The notes under the pieces are model-generated. The model was not told the origin of the DNA, made no database searches, and saw nothing but the letters and a program-made list of their open reading frames with translations. This document shows, piece after piece, positions 25,101 to 37,100 of a DNA stretch of 64,000 nt. Source of the stretch: Phoronis australis (taxonomy: Eukaryota; Animalia; Phoronida); NCBI GenBank assembly GCA_002633005.1, contig NMRA01000358.1, positions 404,664 through 468,663 of the forward strand, given 5' to 3'. Made by a program: the position numbers and the translations under genes. Position 1 is the first letter of the stretch; every line of letters begins with the position of its first letter.

Positions 25101-28100
25101 GGATGGACATCGCTCTGTTTCCATTTGATGATCAGACGTGCGAAATGAGAATAGCTTCTTGGATGTACGATATGTCTATGGTGGACGTTGTAAAGTGTGA
25201 GTTACGGATGTACAACACGTACATGTATATGATAGATACTGGATAGTGGGGGTTGTGGCTTTATGACACATCTGTGGTGGATATTTGAAAGTTAAGTACA
25301 TGAATGCGCACTATGTCTAATGTGAACATTGGAAATACAGTGGCGGATCTAGGATACCATAAGTGGGGGCCCAACATGTTGTCTGGGGAATTGGGCAAAG
25401 CGCCATTGTATGTGCAGCACAGGCCCGAAGGTGCGGAGCCGGGTATGTGAACCTTCTGTTCGTAAAACCTACCGGTGGACTAAAAAAATAAGAAATAAAA
25501 AACCCGAACGCCGCCATCTGCGGTAAACCCTTCTCCGCGTCCTAGTTGCTTATTCAATATTTCCTCGCGCTCGCTTCACGCTGTTGCTGTTCCATTTTTG
25601 CTTACGGCAGCCAAGGGGGGACCCTGACCCCCCAAATCCGCCTATGAAATAGTAAGCAATGGATGCACGATAATCTAAGGTGAATATTAGGACGAGTACG
25701 CTGTGTCTATGGTGGACATTGGGTAGATTTAGTTATGGGTGTACGATATGTGCGATAACTCTATGGTGGATATTAGACGTATGAGTTATTCATGCATGTT
25801 ATGTTTTTATTGTGAACATTAGAAAGTGTGAGTTATGGATTTACAATATGTCTGGATTAGATATTGGAATATGAGAGCTAAAGACGTAGGATATGGCTAT
25901 GGTGGATATCCGAAAGCATAGGTTATGGATGTGTGATATGTCTATTGCGGATGTTGGACAGAGTGTGTTATGGATGATATAAGGTGAATATTGAGAAGAA
26001 TGAGTTATGGATTTGAGGTACGATATGTGTCCGGTGGAAATTAGACAAATAAGTTATGGGTGCACAATATGTCTGTGGTGGGAACAGGAAAGTGTGAACT
26101 ATGGACATGCGATATGTCTCGAGTGGATATTGGAAAGTATGAGTTTTAAATGTTCATGTATAATACGTCGATGGTGATTTTTGGAAAGAATGGGTTATGG
26201 ATGAACGATGTGTCTATAGTGAATTTTGGAACGAGTAAATGATGGATGTACGCTATGCTTATGGCGGACATTTTTAAGAGTAAGATACGGGTACTCAATA
26301 TGCCTTTGGTGTATGTTGAACCTGCATATGGTAACACTATATAAAAACTAGAGCCACCCACATCACGGATTTTGTGATATCTGCCGGTTGCCAAGTTGCA
26401 TATCGATTTCTTTTTCTTCGAAGTGCTGTTCAATCAACCATGCTTATTTTTCAGACAAAGAAAACGTTGTGTTGGACAAGTACACGAAATCCGGCGAGTG
26501 GGACATTGTCAACACCAGTGTAGTGAGGATAGAAAGCATATACCCCTGTTGCCCCGACGTAATTTATCCGATCGTAACGTTTAAGCTGCATCTGCGCAGA
26601 CGCCGCGTTTACTACATAGTGAACCTCATCGTGCCTTGCATATTGTTATCCATGATAGCAGCGTTTGGTATACTTGTTCCGCCGGAAACAGGGGAGAAAG
26701 TTACTGTACAGGTAAGGTTGATAATAAACGATTGCAGTAATTCCAGTTTAGGCAGAAGCCATTAAAACCTCGGAGGCGTCGCCCTATCGGGTATTCGGTA
26801 TCTCAGAGACTTAGCAGACGTTATGTTACAGGATATGGAATATAGAGTTGTATTCCGAAAGATATGATGAATTGCTCTCTGGTTTAGCTAACCTGCCGAG
26901 ATGTCCATAAATGTAGCTAGAAAACACAGGAACCATACCCAAATTAAGTAAATGGTTAACCCTCGGTCAAGCTTAACGTTTGGCTAACTTCAGAAATGGT
27001 TGATCGGATTCAAATGAATTTTTGATGCCACGCTCTCTTTCTCTAAACACCGATGTGATTTCTTTTTAAAATGTCTCATATTCTCATGAAGTGCAGTAGA
27101 ATATTGGATCTATGGTTTTCATAAAATAATTGTTGCATAAAACGCAAAACCACATAATCTACAGCTGTAAGAGTTCGAAACACCAAACGTTTTGTTGTAA
27201 TGGGAAACTGTTTTTTGTCGGACCTTGGTATGCCACTGAATGGACCGTAATTAATTATAAACATTTTAATTCTTCCAGAAATATTCTACATGGCTACACA
27301 TTGTAGTATCGTGTGTATTTGAATCAATACTCAGATTTGGTCATGAATTTACTCATATTCGTATGCTGCTAACACATCAGTCCTATGTTGTGATTCTGTC
27401 GTTTTGCCCTTGTAGGTGTCTGTGATGATGGCCTTGATGGTGTACCTCGTCTTGCTAGCAAGTCGCTTGCCAGAGACATCTGACGCCACCCCCTTAATTG
27501 GTGAGCATTCTGGTCACCTCTTTTCTCGTGAAATGTTAAAAAGAAAACGACGCCTTGTCTTATTACAGGTCCATCTTCTGGCTGAATGGGAAAGCACCCG
27601 ACATAGCCTGGATCACGTGACAATCTCACACATGGTGGGGCGGGCCAGTAGTGATCTGTGTTGCTTGTCACGTGATCATGACATCTACTGATAGATGCTC
27701 AACACTCAGTCTGAAGATGACCATGTGATAAGGTTGTAACGTCACTCTCTTAAAGAGAAACTTGCAAGGTATAAACCAATCTGAACAACAATATGGTCTA
27801 AATTCTCGTTTAGAATTGTAATTGCTACATTCTTAACATTAACTGAATTGTACGTCGCTATACAAAATCATTTACGTATTTAGTGCCGTGGTGATGTAAC
27901 GCCCTTGTTATAACGGAATATAGAAACGGTGCCATTTTCGTTCATTACACATCTGTGACGTGGTGTAGGGGAACACAAAGGAAACAATATGTGTCCAAGT
28001 GAGTACAGCAGCGTAGATGAAGTATACTTTGAAAGATACAGGGACGGACAGGTGGACTTTTCAGACGATTCCGAGCTTTCGGAGTGGAGGAGGAGGTGAC

Positions 28101-31100
28101 AGATCCCATAGGAACAATTTGTGTTCACAGAGGAGCCGTTCTCCCTCGATCCCTTTCACGGCCCTTGCTCCGGTCGTCGAAGACTCAGCCCCAGCCGGTT
28201 CGTCCAGTAAACTTCCACGGGCAGAAGGTGCACAGGAGTTGCGATTGGATGTTAGTGACTGGTAAGAATATTATTAATATGTATCCTACAACCAGAAATT
28301 ATTACTGGTCTTTTAATTCACAATTCAGTAGGTGCTTTACCTGTCAGTCCCAGGGGCCCACATCCCTTATAGTGAATCGTGTTTCAGCCGTGGATAAATA
28401 CTACCGTAATCGTTCGGGTTAACCCCCATGCTCAGTTAACCGCCCATCCCCGACTTTAAGTGGATTTTCGATTTAACGGCCCATTGCTCGGTTAACCGCC
28501 CCCTGCGATTTTTGAAGATTTCCAGTTAAGCGCCCACCTCTCGGTTAAGTGCCCATCCCCGACTTTTAAAGAATGAAGATTTAGCGCCTAGTGCTAAGGA
28601 AACGCGCGATTCCCCGACTTTTAGAAAAAGATCGATGATCACAACGAGTGCAACGACGCCGGGACTCCGAGACGGTGGTTTAGCAATCTGAATTACAATA
28701 CAGGTAACGAGTTATTGTCTTGGGTCATGAACTCACTTCAAAATATAATACTTGAACCTTTTTGTCACTTTATTTTCTTCCCTTGTTTGCAAAGTTTAAG
28801 AACGCCGCCGGCGTCAAAACCTCCGCTTTCAGCGACTTTGTCTGCCGCGCTGAGTTTCCGTCTGCAGTGCACTAGATAAAACATATATTCGAAAAAATCA
28901 GGCCAGAGAAATGTGACAATGGTTTTGCCAACCCTCCAAATTCTATTAAGGTGGGAAGCTCTCGTATTTTGAACAAATCTCACAACTCACGGAAAGATGT
29001 CAAATTCTCAATATTTTGATGAATATAACTGCCGGGTTATAGAGGATGTGGGGCGACCGAAGGGACAGTACAAGTGCCTTACTGGGTTACCGATTTCGTT
29101 GCTGCCTGTCGATTTCTGAATTCAAACGTTGGCAATAATGTATGTTTGTGTATGATCTTGAAGTAATAAAAAACGGCTAGTCAAATTTTGTTTTTCGCTT
29201 ATTGCATCTCAGTCAAACTGGTTAGCAGATTTAACTAATGTCGCTGGCTGTTCTTTACTATTCTTGCGTCAGCCTGCACGTAAGCGTGACTGTGTGAATT
29301 ATCGTTTCCACATCCCCTTTTTAGCCATCCAGAATAATTTTGTTTATACATTGGCCATTTTCAGCCTGAACAAAAATTCTTACCATTCGAGTCTGAAATA
29401 TCTACGACGTAGACTGCTTGACGATAGTGGGTAGGAGATTCACACAGCTAGTTACAGGGATGGGCTTAGGGAGCATCGAGCCGGGAAATATGGCAATAGA
29501 CTTGACATCGCAGTTTTGGGGAACATTGGCAACGGAGGAATATCGTAAAGAACTGGGTCTTTCGTAACAACAGCTTAAAAGCACATAGTCACGCTCGTTT
29601 TTGTTACTTCGGACTGTCGCTATGTGTGACTGATTTGTAGTGGTGCACGTGCGCAAGTTCCCACACTTTGGAGTGCATGTTACCTTGACACCAACATGTG
29701 ATTGACAGGTGACTCACACGTAGGCCCTACGTGCGTGCTGAATACCGCCACTATCTTTGGCCATAAAAAACGAGATGCATATTGAAAGAGGCCGTTATAT
29801 TACTTGACGGCATTTCCAAGTCACGATTGTCAGCCGACTGAGACATTGCGCGATAACAGCGGGACCGAACAGTGCCGCAGTGCGATATTACAAGTGATAT
29901 AAATAGGATAATCTGGACATCTTGCATGAAAAATAAATGTTTTTCTACCACGAAGTTTGGTAAGGTGATCGTTTAGAATAATGAATTGAAACATTGCTGT
30001 TTTCTGACATTTTGTAACATATTTATGCAGTTGCTTGAAATTTTATTCTTGATCGACGACTGGCTCGATCACCCCCGATCCTTGTCTTACTTCTTTGCAT
30101 AGCATGTTTGGCGCAACGGCAAGAGAGCAATGCCGGGCTGTCGAGATAAGACAGCTAGCCGCAGAACCATCCGCTGAAAATGTCATTGAGTCACGGAGTG
30201 TCGATTATAACATCACAAACACAAAAAAACAATAGAGTTAAGTTTTTCAAACTTTTATTACAACCTATTTTAAAACTGCTCTCTGAGTCGGAACTTGACA
30301 GCTACATATAGTACGAGACTGTAATCATAAATTTGATGTCTGACCTCTGCAACACGTGAAGCTTGCACGCGCGCACTTATACAGGGTCACATCTTGAAAC
30401 AGTTTTAATTCTAGTGGAGGCTGCGAGGTCACTGGTCGTCTGCGCACCGCAGGACGGCACGGGGCTATTGCTCAGCAATTTTGTAAATTTAATAGTGAAT
30501 GACTAATCTGAGGGCAAGAGAACCTTTTTTGGGATCATCCGCTGTTATGATGTTTTCACAGTCATTTGGCGACGTGACGATAAAGCTCTTTGAAAAGGGC
30601 TACGCGTTCCGAGTATGATTGTCGTGTCGGGATTTAGATCGCCATGTAAGATTAACCGCCCAGGGCGGTTGTCTGTCGTAATAAGCGCCCATGTTCGGTT
30701 AACCGCCCATCCCCTACTTTAGGTGGATTTTCAATTTAACCGCCCACTGCTCGGTTAACCGCCCTCCCCCGATTTTTTGGATTCGCCAATTTAACCGCCC
30801 AGGGCGTTAACCCGAACGATTACGGTAATTTCATTCATAAAAAACTGGGATTTTTTGCATTTTATCAAATCACTCAAAAGGTGTCTCTGATTATGTGTAG
30901 AAACCGCCTGGTAACATTTCTATAGAGTATAGAGGGCATCCCATTGGATTTGTGATTGCCCATATAGCATATGGAGAAGTTTTAAGAAATGTTTGCTGTA
31001 ATATTTGAGTGGCAACACTGCTTTTCAAGTTGATTTGCCCCATTGGCATTGTATATTTTGATTAATGGTATGTGGGTGCCGATAGGGTTCAGATTGGGAG

Positions 31101-34100
31101 AACAGGTCTCCCAACTACTTACAAAGCAGTTCTCTCCATCAATGAATCAGGGCAACTACCTTGTGTCTTAGGGTCAGCTAAATATCACACAACGAATGTC
31201 CATTACTATATCCCCGGGGCATTATCTACGACCCACTGCCTTGGGTGTAGCACTATACATTTGTATGAGAAGTAAGTAGGTTGTGATGTTCCAAAGTTTG
31301 TTTTTTGGAAGCAGATTTGATTTTTGTTCTGTTGTGAACAGGTCGTTACTCAAGTGGGGTTTACTCTGAACAATCAATTTTCTTGGAAACTGAAGTTGTA
31401 TGCAGCCCCCTCAATTAAATTTAGCAGAGGCACTCTTGGTAAATTTTTCAATTCGAAATTTTGATGTTTCCTGACATATCTTGCAGGTGCACCTGTAGCA
31501 ATTGTCAGACAACCCCAGTTGTTGAAGAAAGAGTATAATGTCAAGAGGTGGACAAGGTTGTTGCAAAACTTGACGAAGAAATGAAGTGTGACAACTTACA
31601 CAGAAGAAAAATTGTATTGTGGAGCATGGGGGTTTTAAACCTGTATGCATCAATCGCAATGTTTTGGAGACTGCATGGCTGCAATACAAAAGTCAATATC
31701 CTGATGGCTATGACAGACCCTTGGATAAAAGGATGCCACACGTGGCCTACAGACAGTTCCAAAAATGGGTAAACGGCCACTTGGGACGAACTGTCCACGT
31801 TGTCATTCCAGCATGTGCAGTAGCCTTCATCAGAGCTTTCTACACTCTGGCAGGAAATGAGGAGGACTTTGGGGTTCCATGGATTTTCTTATAGTTTCAT
31901 CCATTTATAGATATCAACAGTTGTCTTAGCCCTGCACATGACCTGTGTATTCTATTATTAAAAGTTATGACTCAGGGACTACCCTTATGTAATTCAGAGG
32001 CGTTGAAAAATTTGTAGTGACAAATTCCATAAGAAGAACATACATCGTTACGGTAACAAGCGAATGCAATCGCAGCGCAACCTCAGCTGCATGAAATTGA
32101 AGTTGGCATTCCATGAATAGACTTCTGTGGTTTAGAAATGGTAAATAATTGACAGCATTTATTGATGCTCATCAATCTGGTTACTTATAGTAACATGTTC
32201 ATGACAATTGTAATTTATTTATTAAAACAAGGGCGTGAATTATTTTTAAGACGCGCATTTATACGAGTTCTAAGCGGCAGCATCTGTTTAGATGTCGTTG
32301 CGCAGTTGCGAAGAAATTTGAACTCATAAAGTGTGTGTTTATTCCATGTATAATAGCAGCAATTATAAATTATTCAAAATACGGAACAAATTCAACATCA
32401 AGCAACGAATTAACTAGTGTATAGCCGTCTGCTATTTGTACTGCCTCAGTACCTGACCGGCAATGCGGTTGAGCAGATGATCGGAACAAGAAATTGTGCT
32501 AAATAAGAGAATTATTTGGAAATTTTCATTGATTTAATAAAAGAATATTATATAACAAAACTTGTTATAATTATTAACGATTTTATTTGCTTACATTAAC
32601 TAAATACAACGCGGTTAGGACCCGGAGGTCATGACTTCCGCGTTTGACGCAGTAATATGGTTACCATTATGATAGCAACGAATCATTCCTGACTAGTTGG
32701 TCAAATGAGGTCGCTGTATCGTTTAGGTTAATTTTGGTCAAGCTTGTTAAAATTAAAATCTTAAATGGTATTTGTCTGAAGTGTTAATGATTTGTGATAT
32801 ATATTTGGTTCAGATGTCATTTGTAAGGTGCTTTCAATTACTGTGTATACATAGTGACATTAACACTTGTACAGTATTGAGAGACCTGAGTAACTTATAA
32901 AAATTAACATGACCAAATTTCGCGTGATATAAATGTTCTCAGTGAAATCTCGAAACAGTTTTCTAAATACGTTTTCGTTTTAAGCAACTTTATGAAAGTC
33001 ATAAAAGTCATAAGACTTGGTTTGATACTCTCTCGCAAAAGCGAATTAATTTCAAATTCCCGCATAATTGTGCTTTTACAAATTTAATCAGTGCGCTGAT
33101 ACTCTATCATGGTAGCGGTAAGAATGATTTCAGGTCTTCTTACACTGCCACCTGTTGGTTACATCAGTTAAGTCTCAAAAGATCGGGGCTCCGTTTCATG
33201 AAACTATTTTAGTCTTAACTTAGACCGGAATAACAATGCTGCTGACGTTATGCCAACAATAAAGCTTGAAACTTAAACATTTATGAAACGGAGCCCGGGG
33301 TTGAGATTTTTGCACACCTAATTCTAGGTTACTCGATGTGACAAGCAGGTGACAGTGTTTTAGAGAACAGCGCTTAGAGCACAGTATATCAATTTTCCGT
33401 AGAATGATATTAACCATTTCCGAGATATAATGTTCGGAAATCAATTTGGACATTTTTCTATTATAGTTCTCCACGACCTTATGAATGCTTGTTTGTTTTT
33501 CAGGAATATACCTTGTTGTTGTTAGCTGCATGATCACCTTTTCGACAATAATCGCAATGTTTATCACCTGTATTCACTTCAATGATGGACGAAACAGGGC
33601 ACCAAAATGGATCCGATTGGTAAGATAACCAGTTGATTACTGTTTAATATAGACCGGGATTACCGATGAATTGTTTCAAAAATCGCAGTTAGGCCACACC
33701 CACCACAGTTACTGTTTCCATGCCATGCAATCGCAAACGCCTTTGATATGGCGGAAGTGTCTTAGATCCATCCTACTGCCACAACTTTTGATGTCATTGT
33801 TCACTGTAATATTTCGCTAAAATTGTTACCAGCATGAAGCTCATTCATAAATTTCAGATCTATTCACATCAACGTCAGATCGATTCAAAGTACTAGGTGC
33901 TTTGGCGCCAAAACAATTGTTTTGCATTGCAAGAGATGCATGGCACTAATGACGACAAGGAAAATTGTATTTACGAGATTACTCAGCATAAAATTGTGTA
34001 GTTATCGCTAGGGGGGTCTGTGCCCAGTTGCATGGAGCAGTCCCAAATAGGGACTCAACTACGTTCCCTAAATCTTCTGCGTATTTTTGAACTTGTGAAA

Positions 34101-37100
34101 ACATTGACTGTCTTTTCTTGCATTGTTTTAGTTTTATTACTAAGTTAACTTTTGACTGTAATACAAATCGAGAGTGAACTCTATGTTAAATTGTCAATAT
34201 TATCGAAAATAAGTATGGATCTTTTTATGCAACACCACCAATTTAAGGACTAAATCCCCATTTATTTTCAATAAACTCTGGGCTCAGTTTTTAGTTATAT
34301 AATTAAAAGAATGTCATTAATCAAAGAGGAGCTCATAACAAAGATGAAATGATAGAAAAATATTGTGTGTCCATATACGCAAAAGACTTAGGGACCTTAG
34401 CTGAGTTCCTATTTGGGACTGTTTCATGCAGGCGGCCACTGGTGCTTGAGCGATGTCGACCATGTCACGTGTCTCCATGCCACATGTGTTATCAGCATTT
34501 AAGGTCCACATCTTTGATTATTGTTTCACGTCAGACACTAATAAAGATAATCTTTGCGACTCGTTAGGAAGCCGCAAATTCTTTACTTTGGCCTTGTTCA
34601 TCCAGGTGTTTATTCCCAGACTGATGGTCAGGACTTCTGCAATGCACATGCTTTTATAACCTACAAAAATACCCTTGTTCGTTTTCGATAAATCATTAAT
34701 CTGCACCCTACGTGTCTGAAGTTCATCTATAAACTGTATGTCTTGCTTTCGTTTGCAACGGGCGACACAAAATGGGGTGCGGTCGTGGGGCTTAAGTTTC
34801 AACTGACCTAATGGGTTGGAAATAATAGATTGATTGACATGCCGGAATTGTTCATTCATTCTCTAAATGTACACAGAACGTCGAGCAACCGAACTCGATA
34901 ACTCGGGGTTACCCTGTAGCTTCAGAGTTGGGACGGGGTCATCAAGTGCAAAGTATTCAAAAGTAAATGACCCCTCTGTTTGAGCCCCTTGTTTTCAAAA
35001 AAACAGAATTTCTGAACATAATTCCCATCAATGGGAAGTTCTTTATGATTTCGTGCTCTTTTAGGAGCTTTTATCCTACGATGAAGGAGACATGGTTTAA
35101 TGGCAAAAGGTAGTCGAAAACACAAGTCACAAAATGACCGATTTATGCAGTGCAGGTTCACAATTTCAGAAACATCGCTTACGTTTGGAACCTTAAAGAC
35201 TATTTAGGGCCCTTTCCAGTGGGCCACATTAGGATAAAGATTAGTTAAGTGTGAGTTTGAAATGCTTCGTAAATTTCTGTTTCAGTGTTGTCAACTAAAA
35301 GTAGTCTTAGATAGTCTTACTAAAGAGGCGTTTCCTTTTTTCTCCAAATACAAATAATGAAACAGGTTACTTAAGGTTGTGTTGGACCCTCGAAAAATGG
35401 CCAAAATGGGCATATTATCTGAGAAATGGCTGATCGTATTCATTGGAAACGGTCACAAACGATGCTAAATGTACTGCTCTCTAAAATGCTAAAAGGAATT
35501 GTTTTGGAAAAACTCAGTAGTTGCATCAAACGAAAACGCTATTCATATAATTGTAACGGCATTTTTTGAGATTTCATCTTGAACATTATTTTATATTACA
35601 CAAAATTTGGTCATGTTATTGATATCATTGCCCTGCTGTGCACATACCTTTTGCTCTTGCTAAAATTTGCTAATAAGACATGGTCACTTGGTCCAGTCAA
35701 TAACATGTTGATATTAATTCACTAGAAATCAGAAAAATATACAGTCAGTTTAGTATATTTGGATAAACAATCAAAGAGGTCCTACACAACCTTAATGTCA
35801 ACGTACCTGTACCTATTACGTTTCTTACGTTTGTTGTTTTAAAGGAGCATGCCACCCAAAAAACAACCTAATTTGTATCAATTTAGATCGAGTAGTTCTA
35901 CTCCATAACGACACGTATGGTTGCGTTACCTGACACCTGACGGCAGACGGAGGTGTTGAAATTATCCAATGACGTCATCGGTTTCGCACGCAGTCTGTTC
36001 AGCAGTTCACAACACGGGTTACTGGTGTCAGCTTATCGCTTAAAGTCATCTTTTAACACCAATAAATCATCAAAACTTCGATGTAAAACCTTTGAAAATA
36101 CACCGAGTTCTTATAAAAACGTGTTGTTATATTTTGCTCTTACGGATTTATTGGTGTTTGGACACAACGTAGCCTACAAAGTTCGGCAGGCCAATAAGGT
36201 CCGTAGCAGGAGTTTGGGGTCTGTTCGGAGATGAAAATTTCGAAGTATTTTCCGTGAGATACAGACAGAAGAACCTAGATCTGTGTTGTTTAGACTTGTG
36301 ATTTTTGAGTTCTAAACACAAAACGATTGTTATCCTGGCCAGTGGCTCGGAGCCCGATCAGGCCCGCCGCGGCCGGCCGGATTGACTCCGCCGTTATCCA
36401 AGCCAGTGGCTCGGAAACTGATCAGACATCACGAACATAAACCAGCCAGAGTTCTGTGGAAACTAAACTTCCAGTCAAAAAAATACTACACTATTGAGCC
36501 AAAGTAATGTGCACGTTGATTATGTTTGTGAATTAGCCAAGAAACTGCAAATCTACTTACTCGTCGGGGGCCGCGAATTTAGGTTCCGCTTTGGCCACAG
36601 CACCGTCAGGGCAGAATTGTACATTGACAATCATTATTTGAGTAATGTAAATGTAAATAAAGATTCCCCTAACATCTGGCCGGGGGATGGAAATCGAGTT
36701 GTTTCACAACAGTTTCTGCCAGAAAACATTAAATTAGCATGAGCTCACATGGAATCGGTGTCCCGTCAATTAGTTTCATTGCCCCTAAAGCCGGTAACGC
36801 ATAGATTTATTCATTGCTGGCTTCTCAAATCATTTGCACTCACGAACACTCCAAAGGCCTTACAAATTGCATCTAATGAGACAGACTTTGTTTGAGTTTT
36901 ATATAAGTATTGGTTAGCTGAGGGTGAGAATAATTCAGTTGAAACAGAACGCTCAGTTACGAACATGGCTACTCACTCGAAATCCCAACTTAGGACGAGC
37001 TAGAGCTCGATCAGTCTCGACTTCGCATTTGGATCGTTAAGTTTAACAGGCAATTAATTCGAACAGGAATACAGTGTTGAAGAAATACTAGAGAGGCGCC

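Noticed and set aside
25197-25246. In-frame exon extension using the next repeat unit's donor
   Set aside because: The frame meets TAG at 25244-25246 and that unit's donor is degenerate, so no elongated protein is supported.
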